From assembly GCF_003072485.1 (NCBI RefSeq), contig NZ_CP025989.1, positions 750,001-782,000 on the forward strand: DNA of 32,000 nt. The letters run 5' to 3'. Position numbers and translations under genes: made by a program. This document shows, piece by piece, positions 18,852 to 28,735 of the stretch. A model generated the notes under the pieces. It saw nothing but the letters and a program-made list of their open reading frames with translations. It searched no databases and was not told where the DNA came from. Each line of letters begins with the position of its first letter. Position 1 is the first letter of the stretch. This DNA is from Candidatus Fokinia solitaria. Its GTDB lineage: Bacteria > Pseudomonadota > Alphaproteobacteria > Rickettsiales > Midichloriaceae.

Positions 18852-19510
18852 GAGAAATAGTATTGGATGTCGAAACTTCAGGTCTAAATCCGGAGAATGG
18901 CGATAAGATAATAGAGATTGCATGCATCGAAGTTTTAGATCGTAAAACTATTGGGCAATCCTTTCATACGTATGTTAATCCTAACGTTACAATATCGGAG
19001 GAAGCTTTTAGAATTCATGGTATTTCAGCCGAATTTCTGAAACAGTACAAGGAATTTTCGAAGATCGCAGACGAATTTTTAGCTTTCATAGAAGATTCCG
19101 TACTAGTAATCCATAATGCAAAATTCGACATCAAATTTTTGAATCATGAACTTGGGCAGATGCCGAATAAAGTGCAATTGTCTTACGACAGAGTAATAGA
19201 CACACTACAAATCGCACGCGCAAAGTACCCCGGGGCGCAAAACTCCTTAGATGCTTTATGTAAAAGATTCTCCATCTCGCTAGATGAAAGAGAAAAGCAT
19301 GGCGCTCTTATAGACGTCACTCTCTTAGCACGTGTTTTTATGAACATGATGGCGCCAACGCAAAATGAAATTTTTCTTACGAGAACAGTGCGTCCGGAAA
19401 CATCTATTGATGCATATAACGTAACAGAAATTGCTCTTTCAGAAGAAGAAAAGCAAAAACATATCGCTTTAATAGAAAAATTGAACTTAAATCTTTGGCA
19501 AATAAAATAA
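18833..19510 (+). CDS. dnaQ: DNA polymerase III epsilon subunit (3'-5' proofreading exonuclease)
   Basis: ExoI IVLDVETSGL, ExoII VIHNAKFDIKFLNHEL and ExoIII HGALIDVTLLARVF. The start is either TTG at 18833 or GTG at 18845, and both overlap the end of the upstream symporter (stop at 18849-18851). Confidence 0.9.
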   Translation: MERIAVREIVLDVETSGLNPENGDKIIEIACIEVLDRKTIGQSFHTYVNPNVTISEEAFRIHGISAEFLKQYKEFSKIADEFLAFIEDSVLVIHNAKFDIKFLNHELGQMPNKVQLSYDRVIDTLQIARAKYPGAQNSLDALCKRFSISLDEREKHGALIDVTLLARVFMNMMAPTQNEIFLTRTVRPETSIDAYNVTEIALSEEEKQKHIALIEKLNLNLWQIK

Positions 19511-19524
19511 TTCTCATACTCAAT

Positions 19525-21294
19525 ATGGAAAACTTTCTATCTTCGTTCAGAAAAAAAATGCAACATCATTGTGTTGATTGTGCAATTATTACAAATAAGA
19601 AGGACGACGTTTTTTCATCCGCACAAAGCTATATCCTACCGTATATTGTTTCTCATACCATAAATTTTCAATCTTCGAATTATATTCTTCTTGTTACACA
19701 GAAAGAACTTATCGTAATGGTAGATGGAAGATATCTATCGTATGCGGAAAAACACTTTCAACATCTATCGCACGTAATAGTACGCAGTATAATGACATCT
19801 TCTCTTTTTGAGACGCTGAATTTATTACTACTTCAAGACCAGGCTATAGTATGGTACGACGATCATAATACTACTATCAATGAACTTTTCTCTTATCAGA
19901 ATTTTTCTAAATTCGAATTTGTAGCAATACCAGATAATGTATTACGCGCCTTTGAACACAGAGATCAATTTAAAAAAGACATACTTTTACTGAATAACAA
20001 AGCAGATATCAGAATTGCACAAATACGAAGCGTGAAAAATGCAAAGCTTATTTCATCTACAGAATCTGTATCATGGCTACTAGGCATTAGAGATACCGAG
20101 AATGGATATAGCATGGCATTAAACGGCATACTGTTAGTAATGCCTGCCGAATATGACAAAAAAGATATCCTCTTTCAAAACAATAATACAACTGACATTT
20201 TCAATATCTTGTATGATATCAAACATATATCAGAGTTACCGCAAAGCATTATCACTTTAGCGGAAAATAATATTAAAATAGAAATAGAATATCGCTCTCT
20301 CTCCACTAACTTGTACAACAAATTCGCCACTATAACACATAACGCCGAATATTCTGAAATCTTTCTCGATACTATCGATGCTTCAAGAAAACTAAAGGCG
20401 ATAAAAACGCAGGAAGAATTAGAAAATATAAAAATAGCACATCAAAATGATGCTATAGCGTTTGACAAGTTTTTCGAGTTTGTCAGCACTTTCAATGGTA
20501 GCAATGCTACTATCGAAGAAGACTTTTCGAACGCTCTTCATAAATACAAATCCGCACAACAACACTACATTAAAGAAAGCTTTTCAACGATCTCAGCACT
20601 TAATGAAAATGCTGCAATGCCTCATTATAATCACAAATTTTCCTCTGATATTTCTCCTTCTAGCACTGCTTATAATAATCAGTATAATCTGTATCTCATA
20701 GATGCAGGCTCTCAATATACGTGCGGCACTACCGATGTAACACGTACTATATTAGTGCAATCTACTAATGGAAAATTCTCTGAAAGCGATTTGATAGAAG
20801 TAAAGAAACATTTCACTCTCGTACTAAAATCTCACATCATGCTTGCAAGCGCTATTTTTCCTAAAGGTACTACTGGCGCGCAGTTAGACTCATTAGCACG
20901 ATATCATGTATGGCAGCAGCATCTTGATTATCAACATTCTACCGGGCATGGCGTTGGCTTCGCTTTAAATGTACACGAAGGGCCGTACTACATATCGTCA
21001 AACTGCAATGAAGCTATTACAGAAAACACAATACTATCGATAGAGCCAGCACTGTACTTTCCGCAAAAGTATGGAATCAGAATAGAGAATCTCTACTATG
21101 TGAAAAAGTGCGCATCTCTATCTACAACTGAAAAGAGCATGCTACAAGAACAGATACATGATTCTTATATGTGTTTTATCCCTCTTACCATAATACCATT
21201 CGATGCGACTCTCATAGAATACTCGATGCTTCATGAAAACGAAATTGCCTGGCTTGAAAGATACAACAAATTCATCAATTTGATGAAAATTTAA
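19525..21294 (+). CDS. pepP: Xaa-Pro aminopeptidase (M24B family)
   Basis: M24 metal ligand blocks YLIDAGSQYTCGTTDVTRT, HSTGHGVGFALNVHEGP, SIEPALY and GIRIENLYYV. The ORF is open from 19495, but the first ATG is at 19525. Confidence 0.85.
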   Translation: MENFLSSFRKKMQHHCVDCAIITNKKDDVFSSAQSYILPYIVSHTINFQSSNYILLVTQKELIVMVDGRYLSYAEKHFQHLSHVIVRSIMTSSLFETLNLLLLQDQAIVWYDDHNTTINELFSYQNFSKFEFVAIPDNVLRAFEHRDQFKKDILLLNNKADIRIAQIRSVKNAKLISSTESVSWLLGIRDTENGYSMALNGILLVMPAEYDKKDILFQNNNTTDIFNILYDIKHISELPQSIITLAENNIKIEIEYRSLSTNLYNKFATITHNAEYSEIFLDTIDASRKLKAIKTQEELENIKIAHQNDAIAFDKFFEFVSTFNGSNATIEEDFSNALHKYKSAQQHYIKESFSTISALNENAAMPHYNHKFSSDISPSSTAYNNQYNLYLIDAGSQYTCGTTDVTRTILVQSTNGKFSESDLIEVKKHFTLVLKSHIMLASAIFPKGTTGAQLDSLARYHVWQQHLDYQHSTGHGVGFALNVHEGPYYISSNCNEAITENTILSIEPALYFPQKYGIRIENLYYVKKCASLSTTEKSMLQEQIHDSYMCFIPLTIIPFDATLIEYSMLHENEIAWLERYNKFINLMKI

Positions 21295-21767
21295 CGTGTT
21301 TTGATGAAAATATTCCTCGCATCTAATATGGCTACTCCATCGCTATCGGTAAATCGATTCAAAACACTTGTATCTATATCGCTTTGGTAATTAGCTGGTC
21401 TTTTATCGATGCTTCTTAGCGCTTCAAAATCAACGCTAATACCGGCAATAACATCTTCGAATCGTTTCAAAGCTGCTAGTGGAATAACTACATGCTCCGT
21501 TAATTCATCAAATGCAGCAGTTACGGAAAGTTTTTCATGAGAGACTTTAAAATCCTTGCATGGCGGCTGTAATGTAACTTGCACTTCATATGGATATCTC
21601 TCTCTCAAAACAGACGATACTACTACACCACGATGATAAGTATCACATGTAAGATGAATGCAAAAATCTAAAGCACTTTCTTTCTCCTCTATCATTCTCA
21701 ATGCATCAGTAATCATAAGCCGTACTATACTCGGATATAACTTACCGTACTCAAGTTTTTTCTTCAT
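21291..21767 (-). CDS. sspB: ClpXP adaptor SspB-like protein (alphaproteobacterial type)
   Basis: FCIHLTCDTYHRGVVVSSVLRERYPYEVQVTLQPPCKDFKV...HVVIPLAALKRFED parallels my recollection of the Caulobacter SspB-alpha core (HHFYITF...LKERFPDEMTIVLQHQFWDLKV...LVVPFAAI). Assigned from memory, without an HMM. Confidence 0.6.
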   Translation of the reverse strand: MKKKLEYGKLYPSIVRLMITDALRMIEEKESALDFCIHLTCDTYHRGVVVSSVLRERYPYEVQVTLQPPCKDFKVSHEKLSVTAAFDELTEHVVIPLAALKRFEDVIAGISVDFEALRSIDKRPANYQSDIDTSVLNRFTDSDGVAILDARNIFIKTR

Positions 21768-21889
21768 TGTCTCTTTTTTTATATAACAAGCTTATCATAA
21801 GCATAAAAATCTCAGCATTGCAATTTCCTCATACATTACCATACTTCGATCGGTACTAAAATTTTAAAGCTGAAGTATTAGTCATCAAA

Positions 21890-22657
21890 ATGTTTTACCC
21901 TCTGCTGAGAATAATACGATTTCTTTCGACTTTCATCAGTCAACCATCGTGCATGTGCTGTAAAACTGAAGTACTAGAGTATGATACTTTATGCGCTGAT
22001 TGTTGGAATAACGTCCATTTTATATGGAATTCACATTGTGAGTATTGCGGAGAGATCACAGAATATAATAGTCCATCTTACTGTTTATGCGAGAAGCAAC
22101 ACTTAAAACAAAATAACAAAGAAGAGGTATTCATTCCATTTGAAGAGTTATATGAAAACAGAGAGAGATATACAGTAATATGCATTACTTTATATACTCA
22201 CGTTGTAATTAATCTGATGATGTCATTTAAGAACAATGCGCAATACTTCATTCATCGCATGCTTTCTAGGATATTTCTCATACATAGAGAAAGATTTGAG
22301 ATGACTTCATTAGTAGTGCCAGTACCGATGCATAGCAGCGCAATTCGTCAGAGAGGATATAATCATGCAGCTGTAATGGCAAAGGATATTAGTTTATCCA
22401 TCAAAAAGCCGTATTTAGCTAATATTCTTATAAAGCAATATAATAAAATACAGAAAAATCTATCAGAAAAAGAGAGAGTGGAAAATGTAAAAAGTGCTTT
22501 CACAATCAACAAGAAGTTATTACATCGCATAAAAAATGAACATGTGCTGTTAATAGATGATGTCATGACAACCGGCGCTACAATGCAACAATGCACAAGC
22601 TTACTATTAAACAATGGCGCATCTTTTGTTACAATTCTGTCGTTTGCTAAAACATAG
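21890..22657 (+). CDS. comF: ComF family protein (phosphoribosyltransferase domain, N-terminal Cys-rich zinc-finger-like region)
   Basis: An N-terminal CMCC...CADCW...CEYCG Cys cluster and a C-terminal PRTase motif VLLIDDVMTTGATM. 255 aa. Confidence 0.8.
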   Translation: MFYPLLRIIRFLSTFISQPSCMCCKTEVLEYDTLCADCWNNVHFIWNSHCEYCGEITEYNSPSYCLCEKQHLKQNNKEEVFIPFEELYENRERYTVICITLYTHVVINLMMSFKNNAQYFIHRMLSRIFLIHRERFEMTSLVVPVPMHSSAIRQRGYNHAAVMAKDISLSIKKPYLANILIKQYNKIQKNLSEKERVENVKSAFTINKKLLHRIKNEHVLLIDDVMTTGATMQQCTSLLLNNGASFVTILSFAKT

Positions 22658-22672
22658 TAATATGATTGTATA

Positions 22673-24064
22673 ATGGATGATACAATTTACGGACTTTCTA
22701 CCCCATTTGGAAAGTCAGGCATTGCTATTATTAGAATTACTGGAGAACGTGCTATCGAAGCAATAAAATTACTTCAATGTACTGTGAGTTCAACTGCTAG
22801 AGTACTTTTTCGAACAAAGCTCTTTTCACAATTTGACGGTGCACAACTCGATGACTGTATGTGCGTGTATTTTTTAGCGCCTAATACATTTACAGGAGAG
22901 GATGTAGTAGAATTTCACGTACATGGCAGTGTAGCGGTTATTAATGGAATTCTTGAAGAATTAGGGAAAATACCCTTTTTAAGAGAAGCTGAAAGAGGCG
23001 AATTCACGAAACGCGCCTTTAAAAACGGTAAAATGTCATTATCGGATGTAGAGGCATTATCCGAGCTTCTGCAAGCAGAAACAAGCATGCAGCGACGTAC
23101 GATACTGGCACAAATGTCAGGTAAATTACATAAGACATATAAACGATGGCGTGCCGCAGTCATAGAGTGTATGTATAAGATGGAAGCACTAATAGATTTT
23201 TCTTCAGAAGAAGTACCGGAAGAAGCGCTAATGTCCGTAGAACATGCAATTTTCAGCTTACGAAATGATATGCAAGCACATTATATGCGTAGTAATGAAT
23301 GTCGTGCTATATTCGAAGGAATAAAAGTAATTGTGATCGGAGTACCGAATGTAGGAAAATCTTCCATCATCAATCTTATTACTGATGAAGATATCGCTAT
23401 AGTTTCTGATATTTCAGGTACAACTAGAGATATCATCTCTGCATCAAAAGAAATTAACGGCATAAAATACACATTTTATGATACAGCAGGACTTAGAGAC
23501 GGAAGCTTGGATATTATCGAAAATCTTGGCATGCATCGAGCAGTAGAGTGCGTAACATCGGCAAACATAGTACTTATCGTCATAGATACAACTGCTGACA
23601 TTACAGACCAATATCAACAAATAGAATCTAAGATATCTTTAGAAAAGATAGAATTTTTACAGAAAGTAGTACTTCTATATAATAAAAGCGACTTATCTTG
23701 TACTCAAGAATACAACACAGATATAATCGAAGCGATAAAAGCACGCGTAAAGAATCATGTGGAAGTGCATGCTATCACGTTTTCTGCTAAAACTGCTACA
23801 AAAGTGCATACATTAGTGAGTCTCCTCGAGAAAACGTACATTGAATACGATGAACTCACTCTTACAAGCAATCTCCGTCAGCTGAATATTATAAAAAACA
23901 CCCTTGCAAAAATAGAAGAATACATAACTCTTCAAAATGCATACCTTGACATCAAGGCACACGTAATAAGAGAGATTGCGCAATCTCTCGCGTTATTAAT
24001 CGGCGAAGTAGACGTAGAGGAAATACTTGACAACATATTCAGCAATTTCTGCATAGGAAAATAA
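22673..24064 (+). CDS. mnmE: tRNA modification GTPase MnmE (TrmE)
   Basis: IYGLSTPFGKSGIAIIRITG, G-domain motifs GVPNVGKSSIINL and DTAGLR, NKSD, and the invariant C-terminal FCIGK. Confidence 0.95.
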   Translation: MDDTIYGLSTPFGKSGIAIIRITGERAIEAIKLLQCTVSSTARVLFRTKLFSQFDGAQLDDCMCVYFLAPNTFTGEDVVEFHVHGSVAVINGILEELGKIPFLREAERGEFTKRAFKNGKMSLSDVEALSELLQAETSMQRRTILAQMSGKLHKTYKRWRAAVIECMYKMEALIDFSSEEVPEEALMSVEHAIFSLRNDMQAHYMRSNECRAIFEGIKVIVIGVPNVGKSSIINLITDEDIAIVSDISGTTRDIISASKEINGIKYTFYDTAGLRDGSLDIIENLGMHRAVECVTSANIVLIVIDTTADITDQYQQIESKISLEKIEFLQKVVLLYNKSDLSCTQEYNTDIIEAIKARVKNHVEVHAITFSAKTATKVHTLVSLLEKTYIEYDELTLTSNLRQLNIIKNTLAKIEEYITLQNAYLDIKAHVIREIAQSLALLIGEVDVEEILDNIFSNFCIGK

Positions 24065-24107
24065 CAGAATAGCGAAAGTCTCATCACTCGCTTCTCTCAG
24101 AAAGCAA

Positions 24108-24710
24108 TTACAAGAGAAGTCCGCTTTTACTTTCCAACACTTTATCTACTATGTTGAATTTCATAGATTCGTCCGCTGACATAAAATTATCTCTTTCCAT
24201 TGCATTGAACAAAACTTTTTCACTATGTCCAGTATGTTTCGCATATAGCTGAATCAAAAGCTTTTTTATTTTTGCCATTTCAGCAGCATGAATCTGTATA
24301 TCTGTAGCTTGTCCTCTATAGCCTCCTAACGGCTGATGTATCATAATTCTTGAATTTTTTAATGCATACCGTTTTCCTGGCGCACCTCCAGCTAATAACA
24401 TCGAACCCATAGAACAAGCTTGCCCTATACATACTGTCATCACATCTGACGTAATGAATTGCATTGTATCATATATAGCCATACCTGCCGTCACTACACC
24501 ACCAGGAGAATTGATATACATCGATATAGGCTTATCAGATGCTTCAGATTCTAAAAACAGCAATTGCGCAACTATAACAGAAGCCATGTGATCTTCAATC
24601 TGCCCGTTTACAAATACTACTCTATCTCTTAGTAATCTTGAGTAAATATCAAAAGCTCTTTCACTTCTGCCTGATTTTTCTATAACGATCGGTACAAGAG
24701 TATTTTCCAT
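24108..24710 (-). CDS. clpP: ATP-dependent Clp protease proteolytic subunit
   Basis: [49 protein letters not shown] (Ser) and IMIHQPLGG (His). 200 aa. Confidence 0.97.
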   Translation of the reverse strand: MENTLVPIVIEKSGRSERAFDIYSRLLRDRVVFVNGQIEDHMASVIVAQLLFLESEASDKPISMYINSPGGVVTAGMAIYDTMQFITSDVMTVCIGQACSMGSMLLAGGAPGKRYALKNSRIMIHQPLGGYRGQATDIQIHAAEMAKIKKLLIQLYAKHTGHSEKVLFNAMERDNFMSADESMKFNIVDKVLESKSGLLL

Positions 24711-24867
24711 ACTAAATATGCAATTTTCTCAATATCTTAGAGAGTAATCAAAAATACATCACGATACAATACAAAGGAGTATAAATCGCTGTTTAAAGCG
24801 AAAATTTGATACATACTGTCTATGAATAGAGGGGGCAAAACGCTATATAAGACAGAATTATGTAAAA

Positions 24868-25272
24868 CTACTTATTATTATTCGTTCTAAATCTTGGCTT
24901 TCTTCTAGTAAATTCTCCTTCTTTCTTTACAGCGATCTTCGCTTTATCGCGTTGTTCAACTTTCACAGTCTGATCATTCTTGTAAGATTCATCATCAGTA
25001 ATAATATGCGTTACTGACTCTGCAATCGCCCCTACTACAACATCTCTCGCTATTTCAATCATTAAAAACTTCTCTCCCTCTCTTCTCAGAAAAACGCCTC
25101 TAATACCATTTGCAAATATCACACCAGTACCTTGCTTCATTTCATTTACCGCTTTTTGATGTTCTTTTGCCTTCTTCTGTTGCGGTCTCACAATGAACAA
25201 CCAAAACATCAATATTATAATTACCAAAGGGCCGAGATTCACTAAAATCGTCGTCAATTCATTCGATGACAT
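24868..25272 (-). CDS. yajC: Preprotein translocase subunit YajC
   Basis: A single N-terminal TM followed by FIVRPQQKKAKEHQKAVNEMKQGTGVIFANGIRGV. The C-terminal tail is basic and extended. Confidence 0.85.
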   Translation of the reverse strand: MSSNELTTILVNLGPLVIIILMFWLFIVRPQQKKAKEHQKAVNEMKQGTGVIFANGIRGVFLRREGEKFLMIEIARDVVVGAIAESVTHIITDDESYKNDQTVKVEQRDKAKIAVKKEGEFTRRKPRFRTNNNK

Positions 25273-25408
25273 AATCTTATTGCACTTATACTATAAAGCT
25301 TCCATAACTGCGGAAGATTATACCATATTGGTAATTATTGCAATTGTGTTCTGCAAAAGCTAAGTATTACGATATCAGCACTTAGTAAATGTAAACTTCG
25401 AGACTACC

Positions 25409-27901
25409 ATGCTGTTGACATTGAATTGGTTAAAGAAGTATGGAGATCTTCTCGTACAACACGATGAATTAATAGATCGGCTAAGCCGCATCGGATTCGA
25501 GTGTGAAATACGAGAGGAGTATAAAAGATTGTACGATAACTTTGTTGTAGGAGAAGTCATTGAATGCACAAGGCATCACAATGCTGAAAGCTTAGCAATA
25601 TGCTCAGTTCTCACTTCACGAAATGAACCGCCAAAGCAAATCGTTTGCGGCGCAAGTAATGTTAGAAAAGGCAAAGTGATCGTCGCTAAAATAGGCGCAG
25701 TCATCTCCGCTGATTTCACTATTACAGAAAGGGTAATTCGAGGCGTAGAAAGTAGTGGCATGTTATGCAGTATAGAAGAACTCGGTATTCCTCAATTTGC
25801 CTTTGAGACGAAAGTGCAAATGGAAGATAGCATCGATGGTATTGTGATAGTCAATGATCATATTGACATAGGCACACCGCTAGTAAAGTTACTTGATATC
25901 GACGATGTATTGATAGAGATTTCGGTACTGCCAAATAGACGAAGCGATTGTTTGAGTATGATCGGTTTACTAAGAGAGATGAATACTGCAGGATTAATCA
26001 AATTACACGATGAATATCAAAAAGTATCCTCTTATTTTGGAATTGATGACATAGTCGAAGCGAATGAGATATCAAAAATTCACGAAGTCGATAGAGAGAC
26101 GTGCAAAAGTTTTACCGTAATATCATTAAAGAATGGCGTAATACCTCAAGGAAGCTTCAAAATACATGACATAAGATTGCTTATGTTTTGCATGAAAGCA
26201 GCTACTGATAATCCAATCGTCGATGTAGGAAACTTCTTCATGATGGAAAGCGGCATTCCGATACACATGTATGATGCAGCAACAATATCAGGGAAAATTT
26301 CCGTAAAAAAAATCGAAAAGCCTCAAAGATTCAAAGCTTTAAACGGCAAAGAGTACGATGCTATCGACTGCATCATAACGGATGAAAATAAAATTATTGC
26401 ACTTCCTGGCATCATAGGAGTAGATAGTACAAAGGTCACATCTAATACTTGTAATATTCTTGTGGAAATTGCAGAATTTGCACCTTCTGTCGTACAAAAA
26501 ATTGCTAATTCAACAGGTATAACAAGTGACGCATCTTTGCGCTTCATTGGAAAAAAAGCCTGCTATGAATATCAAGATAATGAAGAAAGTGTTTTTCGAA
26601 AATCTGCTATCAATCAGTTTGTAAACTTTCTCAAAAAAGAGTTTCACTTCTCCGTAGAAGGAATGCAAAGCGTAGAATATAAAACGCACGAATCTCCTAA
26701 AAAGACGATCTCATTTTCACTTACAGAGATTGAAAGTATCACGGGAGTAAAATTATCTAAAAAGACAATTTTCGATATTCTTAATCCGCTTGGTTTTCAC
26801 ATAAAAAATGTTAAGGAGGACGAATTTGAACTACTCGTACCGTACTATAGAGTAAGTGATATTTCACATGTTGAGGATGTAGTTGAAGAGATAGTTAGAT
26901 TTCTGAATTTAGATAATATCTCAGGGAAATTCGAAGGTATTAACGTACAATTAACTTCTGAGTATCTCGCTGCAACTACGAATAATAATGAAGAAACAGT
27001 AAGAAAAACATTACTCGCACGCGGTCTGAATGAAGCTATCACGTGGAGCTTTATAAGCAAAGAAATAAGTGAGTTTTTTTATAATAATGATCCACTCGAA
27101 ATACTGAATCCTATTAATAAGGACTTTGCCATAATGCGGCATAATATTCCATCTAGCATGCTGAGCATGATAGTGAAAAATCTTAGCAGAGATAACAAGA
27201 ATATGTCACTCTTCGAAATAGGAAACGTTTTTGAACAAAAACAAGAATGTAAAATGATCAGTGGCATGAGAATTGGCGGTAATTCTCATAGAAAGTATGA
27301 TTTTTTCGATATAAGAGATGATATAATGGCAGTCATCGGTAAATTCATGAATCTTGCGCAGTCCTTATTAAAAGACGGCGATATGCTGCATTATAACTGC
27401 GAGGTACGCAATACAGGCGCGCCACAATACTATCATCCTTACCAAAGCGCAGCGATAGTAAAAGATTCTATCATAATCGGGTACTGCGGTGCATTACATC
27501 CAACGATAGCAGAACAATATGAGATCGATGTCGACATATTTCTATTTGAAATCTTCTACGAAAAATTATGCAATTTGCAAACTAATACTATAAGCGATAA
27601 AAAGAATTTTTCAGAATTTCAGAAAGCAACAAGAGACTTATCTCTTGGAGTTACTTCTATGATAGAATCTGCTTTCGTAGTGCAGAAATTACATTCCTTT
27701 TGTAAGAACTTCAGCATTATCAAGGAGATAAAATTGTTTGACATATATCAATCACAAATGTCGGATATCAAATATTTTGGTATAAAATTTGAATTGCAGA
27801 AAGATGACGGTACACTCTCTACTGAAGAAATTGACTCCGTTCTTGGAGAAATTATCGCCTTTTCAAAAGATCAATTTTCAGCAGAAATAAGAGGATTATA
27901 G
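25409..27901 (+). CDS. pheT: Phenylalanyl-tRNA synthetase beta subunit
   Basis: An MLLTLNWLKKYGDL start, a tRNA-binding domain (VVGEVIECTRHHNAESL...CGASNV), B3/4 and B5 regions, and a C-terminal FDIYQ ferredoxin-fold anticodon-binding block. 830 aa. No pheS is adjacent. Confidence 0.93.
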   Translation: MLLTLNWLKKYGDLLVQHDELIDRLSRIGFECEIREEYKRLYDNFVVGEVIECTRHHNAESLAICSVLTSRNEPPKQIVCGASNVRKGKVIVAKIGAVISADFTITERVIRGVESSGMLCSIEELGIPQFAFETKVQMEDSIDGIVIVNDHIDIGTPLVKLLDIDDVLIEISVLPNRRSDCLSMIGLLREMNTAGLIKLHDEYQKVSSYFGIDDIVEANEISKIHEVDRETCKSFTVISLKNGVIPQGSFKIHDIRLLMFCMKAATDNPIVDVGNFFMMESGIPIHMYDAATISGKISVKKIEKPQRFKALNGKEYDAIDCIITDENKIIALPGIIGVDSTKVTSNTCNILVEIAEFAPSVVQKIANSTGITSDASLRFIGKKACYEYQDNEESVFRKSAINQFVNFLKKEFHFSVEGMQSVEYKTHESPKKTISFSLTEIESITGVKLSKKTIFDILNPLGFHIKNVKEDEFELLVPYYRVSDISHVEDVVEEIVRFLNLDNISGKFEGINVQLTSEYLAATTNNNEETVRKTLLARGLNEAITWSFISKEISEFFYNNDPLEILNPINKDFAIMRHNIPSSMLSMIVKNLSRDNKNMSLFEIGNVFEQKQECKMISGMRIGGNSHRKYDFFDIRDDIMAVIGKFMNLAQSLLKDGDMLHYNCEVRNTGAPQYYHPYQSAAIVKDSIIIGYCGALHPTIAEQYEIDVDIFLFEIFYEKLCNLQTNTISDKKNFSEFQKATRDLSLGVTSMIESAFVVQKLHSFCKNFSIIKEIKLFDIYQSQMSDIKYFGIKFELQKDDGTLSTEEIDSVLGEIIAFSKDQFSAEIRGL

Positions 27902-27959
27902 TAAATAATCAATCACAACTTTACTATGGAATACTACAAGCTAATTTCATGATGTTTTC

Positions 27960-28619
27960 ATGTCAAAAATCAGATCGTCTTCGTCATCTCAGTACGAATA
28001 TATCTCAAAGTTTATTCAAAACGTTTCAGAAGATCATTTCGAGGAAATTAGAAACTCAGCGCCTACTGAACTTCAACATATGCAAATTACAGCCGTAGAA
28101 GGCTCTATACTGCGATGGCTAATCGCAACACAGCAACCAACTTTTGCACTAGAAATTGGCACATTCGTTGGATATTCCACCGCATGGTTAGCAGCAGGTA
28201 TGCAACATGGTAGTACTCTGATTTCCGTGGAAAAATCACATGAGAGACTTGCAATCGCTAAGAATAATCTTGAGAAGTACAATTTTAAGTGCGAGGTAAA
28301 GTTATACCTAAACGATGGTAAATCTAAAGAAGAAAGAGATATCAATCTTCAAAAACTTCTAGCAGAGTTTGGAGTTAATTTCGGCTTTGTATTCTGCGAT
28401 GGTGCTAAATCAGAGTATATGCACTGCTTTCAAACTACGTCGAAATACTTGAAAAAAGGCGGACTATTCGTAGCGGATAATGTTACATCATTTCACTCTA
28501 ACACCTCTAATGTTGGAAATGCTATAGATGCTTTCAACTCACATGTTTGTACTAACGACGCATTCGACACAACTATTATTCCAACTTGTGATGGATTGAT
28601 GATTGCTAGAAAAAAATAA
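27960..28619 (+). CDS. Class I SAM-dependent O-methyltransferase, family 3 (caffeoyl-CoA OMT / YrrM-like)
   Basis: SAM motif ALEIGTFVGYSTAWLA, LISVEKS, FVFCDGAKSEY (the FIDADK-equivalent) and GGLFVADNV (metal and catalytic DN). 219 aa. Confidence 0.85.
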   Translation: MSKIRSSSSSQYEYISKFIQNVSEDHFEEIRNSAPTELQHMQITAVEGSILRWLIATQQPTFALEIGTFVGYSTAWLAAGMQHGSTLISVEKSHERLAIAKNNLEKYNFKCEVKLYLNDGKSKEERDINLQKLLAEFGVNFGFVFCDGAKSEYMHCFQTTSKYLKKGGLFVADNVTSFHSNTSNVGNAIDAFNSHVCTNDAFDTTIIPTCDGLMIARKK

Positions 28620-28623
28620 GCTG

Positions 28624-28642
28624 GTACCACGTGCTACTTTTT
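28624..28642 (+). terminator. Weak hairpin plus T5 after the O-methyltransferase gene
   Basis: gtaccacgtgctac is a near-palindrome (GTAcC/GcTAC stem around ACGT) followed by ttttt. The stem is very short. Confidence 0.2.
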
Positions 28643-28669
28643 GGCAATTAAGAAAATTTTATTTAATAT
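28641..28669 (+). promoter_or_regulatory. Sigma-70-like promoter candidate for the ATPase gene
   Basis: TTGGCA (28641-28646), a 17-nt spacer, then TAATAT (28664-28669), about 65 nt upstream of the ATG at 28736. This is a pattern match only in AT-rich DNA. Confidence 0.3.
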
Positions 28670-28735
28670 GGACACAAATGGAAACATTTCTATACTGAGA
28701 AAGTGCAGCATTTTCCTTCTCATAAATAGCGAAAA

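Noticed and set aside
27960-28619. The methyltransferase as the modification half of a restriction-modification system guarding the ATPase, as in the PrrC-type arrangement.
   Set aside because: Its motifs are those of family-3 O-methyltransferases (a metal-dependent DN motif and an FxDxxK-like block). There is no DPPY/NPPY or PCQ DNA-methyltransferase motif, and no restriction or specificity subunit is present.
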